From contig CAWCFT010000004.1 in the NCBI GenBank assembly GCA_963794945.1, positions 32,001-96,000 of the forward strand: a stretch of 64,000 nt of DNA, written 5' to 3'. Made by a program: the position numbers and the translations under genes. The DNA comes from Endomicrobiales bacterium (GTDB lineage Bacteria; Elusimicrobiota; Endomicrobiia; Endomicrobiales; CAWCFT01). The notes beneath the pieces are model-generated. The model ran no database searches. It saw nothing but the letters and a program-made list of their open reading frames with translations, and had not been told where the DNA came from. Position 1 is the stretch's first letter, and each line of letters opens with the position of its first letter. Of this stretch, positions 51,548 to 61,770 are shown piece by piece.

Positions 51548-53503
51548 ATGACAAATGAAAAGACGCCTCAATCTGAAGCTGGCACCGGGCTTGAAAAATC
51601 AAAGATACTCGTAATGGACGACGAGCAGGGAATACTCGACCTGCTGACATTCGAGCTTGGCTCACGCGGCTACATAGTGGAAAAAGCCCACAACGGCGAA
51701 GAGGGCATTGAAAAAATAAAGAAAGAGAAATTCCAGCTTATTATAAGCGATGTTAAAATGCCAAAGCTCGGAGGGCTCGAAGCTTTAAGTAAGATAAAAG
51801 AGATAGACCCATCGGTGGAAGTAATAATGACGACCGGTTTCGGCACTATAGATATGGCTGTTGAATGCATGAAAAAGGGAGCATATGATTTCGTATCCAA
51901 GCCTTACAACCTTGATGAACTCTGTTCCCGCATAGATAAAGCCCTTGAAAAACAGCGCCTGACATCAGAACTTATCTCCTTGAAAGAGCTTCACCGCTTG
52001 AAATCCGAATTCCTCGCTAACACGAGCCATGAACTGCGCACACCGATGAACGCGATAATCGGTTACACTTCGCTCATGCTTGACAAGATATACGGGCAAT
52101 TGACTGAAAAACAGGAAGTCGCGCTCAAACGCATAAACATAAGTGCAAATAACCTTCTCCAGCTTATCAATAACATATTGGACATATCAAAACTCTCCGC
52201 TGGAAAGATAACGCTATATTTTGAGAATTTTATTGTTAGCGATATACTCCGTGATACGGTAGGCATGATGGAAGCCCTGGCACGCGAGAAGAATATATAC
52301 CTCAAGTTTGACGATCCAGGCGATGCCATAAGCATAGTCAGCGATAAGACACGCCTGAAACAGATAGTGATAAACCTTGTCGGCAACGCCCTGAAGTTCA
52401 CTCACAGCGGCGGCGTAACAGTCTCTACCAGCCGCTTCAATAGTTCCATACAAGACGGCCCATCGAACCCCGGGGAAAAGATACGGATTGATGTAAAAGA
52501 CACCGGTATCGGAATAAAACCCGAATACATGAAGATTATTTTTGAGGAATTCCGGCAGGGCGACGCGTCAACCACAAGGGAGTATGGCGGGACCGGTCTC
52601 GGGCTGACTATCGCCAAGAAACTTTCCGAGCTCATGGGCGGAACGATATCTGTGGAAAGCAAGTACGGAGAAGGTTCGGTTTTTTCACTGATCCTCCCCC
52701 TCAAGACAAAGATAACAGAAGAAGCAATCGAGAACTTTCCGCAGCTGGAACCATTTAAGCCTTCCTTCAACGACGGCAAAAATATCCTTCTCGCTATCGA
52801 TGACAGCCCCGAGATACACAAGCTGTTGAAAGACAGCCTTCACGATACTGAGTTCAGGCTTGTGGGCGCGCTAAACGGCGACGAAGGCATCGCCCTGGCA
52901 AAACAACTTAAGCCTTTTGCGATAACGCTAGACATTCTTATGCCTCACAGGGACGGCTGGTCGGTTCTGCAATCGCTCAAGAGTGACCCTGAAACAAGCC
53001 ATATACCGGTAATAATACTCTCCGTTATGGACAACAAGGCCCTGGGGTTCTCTATGGGTGTCGCAAACTACATCCTTAAACCGTTCGAGCGAAAAACCCT
53101 AATCGAGAAACTCGGCAAGCTAGAGCTTGCGAAAAATAAGAAAATACTCGTTGTTGACGATGATAAGGAATTGAACCTCGTAATGCAAATGCTCATCACC
53201 AACGCCGGTTATCAGGTGATATCGGCGCTCGGAGGAAAAGAAGCACTCGCTATGATCGAAAAGGAAAAACCCGATATAGTCCTGCTTGACCTTATGATGC
53301 CAGAGATAAGCGGGTTTGACGTGCTTGAAGCAATATACAAAAACCCTGAGCTTGAGAAAATGAGGATCATAATTATGACGGCGAAGATCCTAACTAAAAA
53401 AGAGCTCGAAGAACTAAACAAGCGCGCCGAGACGGTGCTGGAAAAGGGCTCTAAAAACATTAAAGAGATACTCGCGGACATAAAAAGACAGATCGAGTCG
53501 TAG
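51548..53503 (+). CDS. Hybrid kinase REC-HisKA-HATPase-REC-REC
   Basis: SHELRTP, GGTGLGL, three receiver domains. Confidence 0.92.
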   Translation: MTNEKTPQSEAGTGLEKSKILVMDDEQGILDLLTFELGSRGYIVEKAHNGEEGIEKIKKEKFQLIISDVKMPKLGGLEALSKIKEIDPSVEVIMTTGFGTIDMAVECMKKGAYDFVSKPYNLDELCSRIDKALEKQRLTSELISLKELHRLKSEFLANTSHELRTPMNAIIGYTSLMLDKIYGQLTEKQEVALKRINISANNLLQLINNILDISKLSAGKITLYFENFIVSDILRDTVGMMEALAREKNIYLKFDDPGDAISIVSDKTRLKQIVINLVGNALKFTHSGGVTVSTSRFNSSIQDGPSNPGEKIRIDVKDTGIGIKPEYMKIIFEEFRQGDASTTREYGGTGLGLTIAKKLSELMGGTISVESKYGEGSVFSLILPLKTKITEEAIENFPQLEPFKPSFNDGKNILLAIDDSPEIHKLLKDSLHDTEFRLVGALNGDEGIALAKQLKPFAITLDILMPHRDGWSVLQSLKSDPETSHIPVIILSVMDNKALGFSMGVANYILKPFERKTLIEKLGKLELAKNKKILVVDDDKELNLVMQMLITNAGYQVISALGGKEALAMIEKEKPDIVLLDLMMPEISGFDVLEAIYKNPELEKMRIIIMTAKILTKKELEELNKRAETVLEKGSKNIKEILADIKRQIES

Positions 53504-53538
53504 GTAATATTATTTTATCTGTTTTCGGAGGTTTTTAA

Positions 53539-53907
53539 ATGGCATACAGGATACTTGTCGTAGACGATGATTTTGATAATAGAACTATAGCTTCCGAAAT
53601 ACTGGTTTCAGCTGGGCACATAGTTTTTACCGCAACGAACGGCATTGAAGGCATAGAAATCGCAGCTAAGGAAAAACCTGACATGATATTTCTCGACCTC
53701 TCGATGCCCAAGATGAGCGGCTGGGAGGTAGCCTCGAAACTCAAATCCATGCCGGATGTGTGCGCAATACCAATAATAGCCTTCACCGCTCACGCCATGG
53801 TCGGGGACGAAAAGAAGGCGATCGATGCGGGCTGCAACGATTATCTCACAAAACCATGCATCCCGGACAATATCCTTGAGAAAGTAAAAAAATGGAGCAA
53901 GCAATGA
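53539..53907 (+). CDS. Single-domain response regulator (DivK-like)
   Basis: VVDDD, LDLSMP, TAHAM, LTKP. Confidence 0.9.
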   Translation: MAYRILVVDDDFDNRTIASEILVSAGHIVFTATNGIEGIEIAAKEKPDMIFLDLSMPKMSGWEVASKLKSMPDVCAIPIIAFTAHAMVGDEKKAIDAGCNDYLTKPCIPDNILEKVKKWSKQ

Positions 53908-54269
53908 AAATACTGATAGTCGATGATGACGCGAACAACCGCGATATACTCAAAACTCATCTAATGATCGCGGGCTACACGGTTGAAGAAGCTTCGAACG
54001 GTGAAGAAGGAGCTGCCTGAGCTTTGAATGGATCATTCGACTTTGTAATACTGGACCTTATGATGCCGAAAAAAGACGGATGGCAGGTGTGTAAACTGTT
54101 GAAAACATCAGAGAAAACCAAGGATGTGCCCGTTATTCTCCTAACTGCCAGGACCCAGCCTATAGACGAGCTCCGTGGCTGGGAATGCGGTGCAAACGCG
54201 TATGTAACTAAGCCGGTTGACTACGCAGAGCTGCTAGAAACTATAAAGAAACTGGCGCAAAATAAATAA
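53904..54269 (+). pseudogene. Single-domain response regulator with in-frame TGA at 54018-54020
   Basis: MKILIVDDD...GEEGAA*ALNGSFDFVILDLMMP in one frame. Confidence 0.75.
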
Positions 54270-54291
54270 TCATGCTTTACAGAGGGGTGCA

Positions 54292-55836
54292 ATGGACAAA
54301 CTGAAATTCAAGACGATCGATCTCTCATCAATAACTATTTCCAATGATGTCCTCAAACTTGTACCCCTTGGAATAATGCAAAAATACGCCTTCATCCCGT
54401 TCGACATCCAGGGTGGCAAGCTTTTCATAGCCGTTGAGAACCCCGGAGATATAAATACAGTAGACAACATCAGGGTGATCACAGGCTACGACCTCGACCT
54501 TTTCGCAGACACCAAGGAGTCAATAGAAAATACTCTGAAAAGATTGAGTTCGGCATTTGACGAGAATATCCAGAACGACGAACTTGCTTTTACCAATATA
54601 GAAGCTTCTCATGCGGCTGGCGGCGAAAGCCAGGGCAATGAACAACCTGCAATTGTCAGGCTTGTAGATAAACTCATAAGCTTGGCCGTAGCCAAGAGGG
54701 CCAGCGATATTCACCTTGAACCGCAGCAGGACGGGCTTTTCGTAAGGTTCAGGGTAGACGGTATTCTCATCACTATCCACAAATTCCCCAAACCTATCCA
54801 GTCGCCTCTCCTTTCAAGGATCAAGATACTTGCCAGTATGGACATTACTGAAAGAAGGCTCCCGCAGGACGGTCAAATATCGCTCGAAGTGAACCACCGC
54901 AGTATTGACCTGCGCGTCTCAACGCTTCCCGGAAAATACGGAGAAAAGACTGTTATCCGCGTGCTGGACAAGACCGGTTTCTCGCTTGATCTAAGTCAGC
55001 TTGGTTTCGACCCGATCATGCAGAGCACTTTCGAAACGATCATACAGCAGCCGCAAGGCATGCTTCTTGTCACCGGCCCCACAGGCAGTGGAAAGACCAC
55101 CACGCTTTATTCCGCTATCAATAAGCTCCGGTCCCCTCTTAAGAACGTTATTACTCTCGAAGACCCAATAGAGTACGAGCTGCTCGCGGGAAAAAACAAC
55201 GAGGCGGGCATTACACAGGTACAGATAAACTCGAAGATAGGTATGACGTTTTCGGCTGCCCTCCGGGCCGCGCTGAGGCAGGACCCCGACATAATAATGG
55301 TTGGCGAGATACGCGACAAGGAAACAGCAGAGATCGCGATGAAAGCGTCCCTCACAGGCCACCTGGTACTTTCTACCCTTCACACGAACGATTCTTTCGG
55401 CACGCTTGTGCGGCTAAAAGACATGGGAATAGAGCTTTATCTTATTAGCTCGACGGTCGCGGCTATATTGGCACAGCGCCTTGTCAGAGTTCTTTGTCCG
55501 CACTGCAAAGAAGCCTACAAACCCCCCGCCCGCGCACTGAAACTTCTTCTTGGGCCAACACACATGGTATCGGCTGCTGATAAAGAGATCGTGCTCTACC
55601 GGGCAAAAGGATGCGACAAATGCCAGTCAATGGGTTATCGCGGCAGAAGAGGAATATATGAACTGCTCATTATTAACGATGAGCTCAAGACTATAATAAA
55701 TTCAGGAATTAATTCAGAAATTCTCAAGCAGAACCCTCACATTAACAAAATGAAATCGTTGAGGGAAAGCGGATTCGACCTGGTAGCGCAGGGAATAACG
55801 ACCATCGAAGAGATATTCCGGGTGACGGTAGAGTAG
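54292..55836 (+). CDS. PilB/GspE-family secretion ATPase
   Basis: ASDIHLEP, GPTGSGKTTT, RQDPDIIMVGEIRD, STLHTN, tetracysteine motif. Confidence 0.93.
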   Translation: MDKLKFKTIDLSSITISNDVLKLVPLGIMQKYAFIPFDIQGGKLFIAVENPGDINTVDNIRVITGYDLDLFADTKESIENTLKRLSSAFDENIQNDELAFTNIEASHAAGGESQGNEQPAIVRLVDKLISLAVAKRASDIHLEPQQDGLFVRFRVDGILITIHKFPKPIQSPLLSRIKILASMDITERRLPQDGQISLEVNHRSIDLRVSTLPGKYGEKTVIRVLDKTGFSLDLSQLGFDPIMQSTFETIIQQPQGMLLVTGPTGSGKTTTLYSAINKLRSPLKNVITLEDPIEYELLAGKNNEAGITQVQINSKIGMTFSAALRAALRQDPDIIMVGEIRDKETAEIAMKASLTGHLVLSTLHTNDSFGTLVRLKDMGIELYLISSTVAAILAQRLVRVLCPHCKEAYKPPARALKLLLGPTHMVSAADKEIVLYRAKGCDKCQSMGYRGRRGIYELLIINDELKTIINSGINSEILKQNPHINKMKSLRESGFDLVAQGITTIEEIFRVTVE

Positions 55837-55888
55837 GTCGCCGCTATTTTAAGGTTTTTTTAGCCGGAAGCTGGGCAAAGGTTTTACA

Positions 55889-56278
55889 ATGGCAAAAAAC
55901 AGAACTATACTTATCATCGACGACGAGAAAGGCTACAGGGACTTTTACAAGTTCGTCCTTGAGCCGATCGGTTATGACGTCTCTTCCGCAGCTGACGGCG
56001 AAGAGGGCCTTAGGATGGCACTGGACAACTCTTACGACTTGATCCTCCTCGATGTTCACATGCCTAAAATGAGGGGCCCGGAAGTGCTCACCGAAATAAA
56101 AAAAGTTAAGCCGTTTCAGATAGTAATAATATTCAGCTCCAGCTCCGACCCGACCTTCAGCTTCGAGAACAAGGCAAAAGAACTCGGCGCGTTCGAATGC
56201 CTGTATAAACCTGTTGACCTTGAAGACATGCTCAAGATAATGGACAGAGCGATGATTTCTTCGGGAGGCCTCAAATGA
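55889..56278 (+). CDS. Single-domain response regulator
   Basis: IIDDE, LLDVHMP, LYKP. Confidence 0.88.
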   Translation: MAKNRTILIIDDEKGYRDFYKFVLEPIGYDVSSAADGEEGLRMALDNSYDLILLDVHMPKMRGPEVLTEIKKVKPFQIVIIFSSSSDPTFSFENKAKELGAFECLYKPVDLEDMLKIMDRAMISSGGLK

Positions 56279-57912
56279 ACAACCTTATAGACAGGGCCAA
56301 CACAAAAATACTAATTATCGATGATGAACCCGGTATAAGGAACCTCCTGAGCTATGAACTCAGCCTTCAGGGTTATTCAGTTACCACGGCGCCGAACGGT
56401 GAAGAAGGCGTTGAGTTGGTAAAGAAAGATAAATTCAACCTTATACTCTCTGACATAAAAATGCCGCGGATGGACGGTATACAGGTGCTCGAAGCCGTAA
56501 AGGAGATCGACCCAGACATTGAGGTCATTATGATCACCGGCTTCGGAACCATAGGCACCGCCGTGAACGCAATCAAAAAAGGCGCCTACGATTTTGTCCA
56601 GAAACCTTTCAACCTAGACGAAATACTGACCCTTGTAGAAAAGGCGCTTGAAAAAGCGGACCTCAAAGCGCTAGTGGCCCTTTATGAGACCAGCAAAGCT
56701 ATATTTTCATCGATAAAACTAGACGACCTGTTCCCTATCCTGATATCGCTTTCTATCAAACTGCTAAAAGCCGATGATGTCTCCATAATGCTTAAAGATG
56801 AGAACGGTGAACTGCGAATAGCCGCTTCCTATGGCCTGGGCAGCGATGACGACAGGTCGCTTAGGCTTCGTCTCGGTGACAAATTCATTAAAGACACAAA
56901 AGAGCGACCGGAAATATCTTTTATCGTAGGCCCTCTTGAAAATGAACAGGACTTCAGCGGCATCGGGAACGTTTCAAAAGTAAGGTCGGCTGTTATCTGC
57001 CCCCTTCTGTCAAAAACCAGAAGCCTGGGCGTCCTTGTAGCAGCAAAAACAAAATCTGAGCTGCAGTTTAATTATTCCGACCAGCGTTACGCTGATATCT
57101 TCGCTTCTCAGGTATCTCAGGCCATTGACAACGCCCAGCTATACAGCGAACTTGAAAAAAAGGTTTCGGCCCTCAACGAGGCATACAGCAAGCTTACGGA
57201 AGTTCACAAAGAACTGATCCAGTCGGAAAAACTCGCGGCTGTAGGCCAGCTGTCCGCCGGGGTTGCCCACGAGCTCAACAACCCGCTCACGATAGTCATA
57301 GGCCTAACGGAACTCCTTCTTGAGGACGCGGATCAACCCGTAGAGAAGATCAATGACCTGCAGTCAATAAAAAAACAGGCTGAACGCTGCCGCAACATAA
57401 TACTTAACCTTCTTCAATTCGCGCAGAAAAACGAAACGGAAAAGAAATCGGTCCAGATAAACGCTCTCCTGGATAAAACTATTGAGTTGTGGAGTTACAA
57501 CACGACAAATTCAAAGATCGAGATAATAAGGGACTTTGACCCCTCGCTTTTCCAGATAGTGGTGAACCAGTACCAGATACAGCAGGTCTTCATAAATATC
57601 ATGAATAACGCCCATTATGCCACCTGCGGCATTGAAAAACCCCGCATGGAGATCAAGACATCAAACGAAGGAAATTACGTAAGAATACGTTTCAAGGACA
57701 ACGGCTGCGGTATCGGGGATGATCATATCGGCAAGATATTCGACCCCTTCTTTACTACGAAAGATGTCGGTAAAGGGATGGGTATGGGGCTTAGTATAAC
57801 GTACGGCATAATAAAAGAACACGGCGGAGATATTCGCGTTGAAAGCAAGGAAGGAGCGGGCTCAACGTTCACTATCGACCTGCCTGTTGAAGCAAAACCA
57901 ATAAAATCGTGA
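56275..57912 (+). CDS. REC-GAF-HisKA-HATPase hybrid kinase
   Basis: LSDIKMP, GVAHELNNP, FFTTK, GMGMGL. Confidence 0.92.
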   Translation: MNNLIDRANTKILIIDDEPGIRNLLSYELSLQGYSVTTAPNGEEGVELVKKDKFNLILSDIKMPRMDGIQVLEAVKEIDPDIEVIMITGFGTIGTAVNAIKKGAYDFVQKPFNLDEILTLVEKALEKADLKALVALYETSKAIFSSIKLDDLFPILISLSIKLLKADDVSIMLKDENGELRIAASYGLGSDDDRSLRLRLGDKFIKDTKERPEISFIVGPLENEQDFSGIGNVSKVRSAVICPLLSKTRSLGVLVAAKTKSELQFNYSDQRYADIFASQVSQAIDNAQLYSELEKKVSALNEAYSKLTEVHKELIQSEKLAAVGQLSAGVAHELNNPLTIVIGLTELLLEDADQPVEKINDLQSIKKQAERCRNIILNLLQFAQKNETEKKSVQINALLDKTIELWSYNTTNSKIEIIRDFDPSLFQIVVNQYQIQQVFINIMNNAHYATCGIEKPRMEIKTSNEGNYVRIRFKDNGCGIGDDHIGKIFDPFFTTKDVGKGMGMGLSITYGIIKEHGGDIRVESKEGAGSTFTIDLPVEAKPIKS

Positions 57913-58553
57913 TGAAAAACAATAACCTGAAAAACAGCTGGCTCAGCCTGAAAAAGGATATCATTCGCCGGCTGGATGACTTCAAAAAGAAATGGCGCAC
58001 AGGCTCGGATGAAGACATATTCGCCGAGCTCGTTTTCTGCCTCTTTACTCCGCAGTCAAAAGCGAAATCCTGCTGGGCATCCGTTAACGTCATCCTCGAT
58101 AAAAAACTTCTCTTAAAAGGCACAAAAACCGAGATAGCACGTGAGCTTAAAGGTGTAAGGTTCCACAACAACAAAGCAGGTTATGTCGTGCGCGCGAGGG
58201 AACAGTTCACGAAAAACGGCAAAATATCGATCAAGCCCCTTATATCCGGCTTTAGGGATATCTTTGAAACAAGAGAGTGGCTGGTCAGAAACGTTAAAGG
58301 GCTGGGCTACAAAGAGGCGAGCCATTTCCTGAGGAACATTGGTTTCGGCGAAAAGATAACTATATTGGACAGGCACATATTGAAAAATCTCAAAAAATCA
58401 GGCGTGATAAACCGGGTGCCTCCGACAATAACCAAGAAAATATATTTCGAAATTGAAAAGAAAATGGTAGATTTCGCAAAAAGGACAAAGATTCCGCTGG
58501 CCCACATGGACCTCTTGTTCTGGTGCAACGAGACAGGCGAGATTTTCAAGTAA
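57912..58553 (+). CDS. ogg: 8-oxoguanine DNA glycosylase/AP lyase (Ogg2 type)
   Basis: ELVFCLFTP, RFHNNKA, KGLGYKEASHFLRN, ILDRH. Confidence 0.9.
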   Translation: MKNNNLKNSWLSLKKDIIRRLDDFKKKWRTGSDEDIFAELVFCLFTPQSKAKSCWASVNVILDKKLLLKGTKTEIARELKGVRFHNNKAGYVVRAREQFTKNGKISIKPLISGFRDIFETREWLVRNVKGLGYKEASHFLRNIGFGEKITILDRHILKNLKKSGVINRVPPTITKKIYFEIEKKMVDFAKRTKIPLAHMDLLFWCNETGEIFK

Positions 58554-58633
58554 TAATTGAAGATTTAGAAAATTAAAAGATTTAAAATTTAAATACGTTA
58601 ATCTCGAATTTTAAATTTTCCAATCTTCTAAAT

Positions 58634-59146
58634 TTATTTGCCAGGTTTCACGTAGGTCGGCGCATTAATAGGAGTAAACCCGCCTTTTATCTTGTGGTAG
58701 TAAGAATAGCTCATCCCCTGCGTATCCTCCAGCACTTCAGCGTCTACAACCTTTCCCAGAAATAGTGTGTGTGTCCCGCAGTCAAAGCTCGCCACGACTT
58801 CCGTGTCGAAATAAGCTATAGCGAAATCCAACACTATGGGAGCGCCGGTCACGCCGGCCTTGTATTTGACATTCGCGAACTTGTCTATATTCCTTCCGGA
58901 CTTAAACCCGAACTGCCCTATGAAAGGCATCGTCGCTTCCCTCGACAGCATTGAAACTGAGAACACCTTACTTTCTGATATAAACTCGTGAGTAAAGTTC
59001 TTTTTTGAAATGCTCGCTGCTATCGTGCAGGGTTCGGATGTCACCTGAAATACCGTGTTCGCTACCTGCCCGTTTAGCTTATCGCCTTTCTTCGAGCTCA
59101 CTATGTACATCCCGTATTTAATCTTTTGCAAAGCTTTCAGATTCAT
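58634..59146 (-). CDS. Flavin reductase-like protein
   Basis: YGMYIVSS, FGFKSGR, GTHTLFLG. Confidence 0.88.
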   Translation of the reverse strand: MNLKALQKIKYGMYIVSSKKGDKLNGQVANTVFQVTSEPCTIAASISKKNFTHEFISESKVFSVSMLSREATMPFIGQFGFKSGRNIDKFANVKYKAGVTGAPIVLDFAIAYFDTEVVASFDCGTHTLFLGKVVDAEVLEDTQGMSYSYYHKIKGGFTPINAPTYVKPGK

Positions 59147-59197
59147 TTATCGCTCCTGTTCTGGTAAAGCGTCCGTCAAAAGCTTGAAAACAGAATA

Positions 59198-59497
59198 TCA
59201 CATCAATCCTGGTATCTTCATCCCGCCGGTAAGCTTCTTGGCTTCTTCCGCCATTACTTCCTGCGACTTCTTGACAGCTGCCTGAACTGCGCACAATATG
59301 GCCTTCTCGGCTTTTCCAATGTCCTGTTTGAACACATCCGGCGAAAGCTTTATATCCTGCACTTCGGATTTGGCGTTTATCGTTATCTTGATCCCGTTAG
59401 TATCCACCTCTATTATCTTTGCCTTTAACTGCTTATCCATCTCCGCGAGCCTGGACTTCATTGCCATTGCTTCTTTCATCATCTTGAACATATCCAT
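59198..59497 (-). CDS. ybaB: YbaB/EbfC nucleoid-associated protein
   Basis: MFKMMKEA...LTGGMKIPG. Confidence 0.8.
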   Translation of the reverse strand: MDMFKMMKEAMAMKSRLAEMDKQLKAKIIEVDTNGIKITINAKSEVQDIKLSPDVFKQDIGKAEKAILCAVQAAVKKSQEVMAEEAKKLTGGMKIPGLM

Positions 59498-59519
59498 TTG
59501 TATATTTCTCCTTTTTGTT

Positions 59520-60787
59520 TCATTCTACAATTTTTGAATTATTTTTACCAATCAATCCGCTCACTTTGGGGCCCTTGAAATGGTACCTGCCGATCAGGCC
59601 GCAGCGGTCCTGTATGCCAAAATTCTCAGCTATAAGCACCGATGAAGGCTTTATCGTAAAATCGCCGTATTTTTTGTTGATCTCGTCAACTATGCCGGTG
59701 AGTTTCTGGTCTCTCTCGATATCTTCAAAAAGAAATTTCTGCCCGGCGTCTTTCTCGAGATTAGATATGCTGACACCCAAAAGCCTCACGGGTTTTTCAA
59801 GGGGAAGAGCGCCACCCAGTATCTCAAGCGCCGTTGAAAACATGTCGCGACCTTTTCTTATGTAATGCTTGAGGCTCTTCTGCCTGCCGAACGACGTAAA
59901 ATCCCCGTAGCGCACGTAGAAATGCACAGTCTTGCCTGACATCCCAGCCCGCCTCAGGCGCGCGGCGGTCTTTTCGCAGAGCATGAGAAGGTACGACCTT
60001 ATAGTCTGCATGTCGTAGGTATCTTTCGGAAGAGTGTGGCTGTGTCCGAACGACTTCTCCCGTTCGCAGTAGCTGTATTCCTTAACTGTAGAAGAATCCT
60101 CTCCGAGCCCTATCCTCTTAAGGTGCCAGCCTGATATCCCGAAGTGGAACATCATGAAATCTTCGCTGGCTTCGCCAAGCTCTTTGGCGGTATTAATACC
60201 AGCCGCTTGAGCTTTTCCGATATTTTGCCCCCCACGCCCACCCCTTGGAGTTTTTCCACGGGCACAGCCTCAAAAACCTTCGGTATATCCGCGCGCGATA
60301 TCTCCACAAGCCCATCGGGCTTCTGCATCTTGCTCGCGAGCTTCGATATGACCTTGTTCGGCCCTATGCCTATGGAGCAGAGTAGGTTGAGCTCGCTCTT
60401 TATCAGTTGTTTTATTTCTTTTGCTATGTCCCGGGCCGACCTCTCCGGCCGCACAAGCGGCGTGACGTCCACAAAACATTCGTCTATGGAATACGGCTCT
60501 ACTTGAGATGTAAAACGCAGCAGTATTTCGTGTATGTTGAGCGACGACCCCACATATTTGTGCATATCGCCCACGACCGTGACAAGCCCCGGGCATACAT
60601 TTTTTGCCTCGTACGGAGTCATGCCGGTTTTTACCCCAAAAGCCTTTGCCTCGTAAGAAGCGGCGGTAACTATTGTCCTGCCCTCCCCGCAAACAGCTAT
60701 AGGCTTTCCGCGCAGAGCGGGATTGACCGCCTGCTCAACGGATGCAAAAAACGCGTTCATATCGATAAGAAAGATTTTAGGTTCCAT
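59520..60787 (-). CDS. dinB: DNA polymerase IV (Y family); frameshift ~60170-60205
   Basis: IDMNAFFASVEQ, SYEAK, YSIDE, KLASKMQKPDG, VRLLGV. Confidence 0.92.
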
Positions 60788-60822
60788 ATTAGTTTTGGGG
60801 GTATCCGGATAGTTAAAGGCAG

Positions 60823-61071
60823 TTAATCTAAGATCGTCTTTTCCAATGTCCAGGACATTGTTTTCTGATTTAAGGATATCTCGAAAGATGTGGCCCCATC
60901 TGTAACAGCGAAATACTGAATAACAGCGTCGCCTTCCCTGGCTTTCCAGGAATAACTAATTTCTTTGACATCTATTTTGCGCCCGCTCCACAGAAACCAC
61001 TTTGGCCTTATATTTGCCTTGCCGAACACAGCGCCCACCTCGATAGTTTCGTTTATCTTTTCAGTTTGCAT
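60823..61071 (-). CDS. Small conserved hypothetical protein in the lexA-dinB cassette
   Basis: 82 aa; PKWFLWSGR...W...FAV...W; tightly coupled to lexA. Confidence 0.7.
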   Translation of the reverse strand: MQTEKINETIEVGAVFGKANIRPKWFLWSGRKIDVKEISYSWKAREGDAVIQYFAVTDGATSFEISLNQKTMSWTLEKTILD

Positions 61072-61663
61072 TTAAACCTTCCTGGTCAGATATACCACTT
61101 TTCCTGCTATCTCAATACTTTTGCCGCGTATAGGCTCGTACTTTGGGTTTTCCGGCTGGAGGTAGACCTCTGTGCCTTTTTTGCGCAGGCGCTTTACCGT
61201 GCCTTCGCTTCCGTCAACTTTGGCTACCACTATCTCGCCGTCTTCGGCGTCGGGCTGCTGGCGGACAACTATGGTGTCGCCCTCGTATATGCCGGCGCCT
61301 ACCATGCTGTCGCCTTTGACTTTCAAGGCAAAGTATGTGCCGTTTAAAACCATGCCCTTTTCAAGATAAAGATAATCCTCTATGCCCTCTATGGCCTCGG
61401 AAGGGTTGCCGGCAGGGACACTGCCCAGAACCGGAACAGTCATCCATGGCTTGTGCAGACGCCGGCATTATACCGCGGGAAAGGCCGGGGGTGTGCTTCA
61501 GATGCCCCTTCTTTACCAGGGCCGCAATATGTTTCTGAGCGGCGCCTATGCTGAAATTGAAATGCCCGGCTACCTCTCTTATAGAAGGTGCCCTGCCGAA
61601 ATCGGATATAAACCCCGAAATATGGCCCAGAACATTCTTCTGCTTCTCAGTTATTTTTTCCAT
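61072..61663 (-). CDS. lexA: LexA repressor; frameshift ~61445
   Basis: TEKQ...PSIREVA HTH; VPAG cleavage site, GDSM serine, TVKR lysine. Confidence 0.9.
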
Positions 61664-61683
61664 AATAACCTCCTGTGTCATGT

Positions 61684-61712
61684 ATTATAGTATACATATG
61701 TATACCTGTCAA
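61684..61712 (-). promoter_or_regulatory. Consensus promoter with palindromic operator (candidate SOS box)
   Basis: TTGACA-17 bp-TATAAT; the spacer holds the perfect palindrome GTATACATATGTATAC (61690-61705). Confidence 0.8.
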
Positions 61713-61770
61713 GATATAATAATAACCGTTCCCGGGACTCCTGACAGGAGACCGCAGAACGGCTTAAGTA

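Noticed and set aside
54018..54020. Genome-wide TGA recoding
   Set aside because: Several genes end normally in TGA (e.g. 6554, 33499) and no other clear in-frame TGA was found
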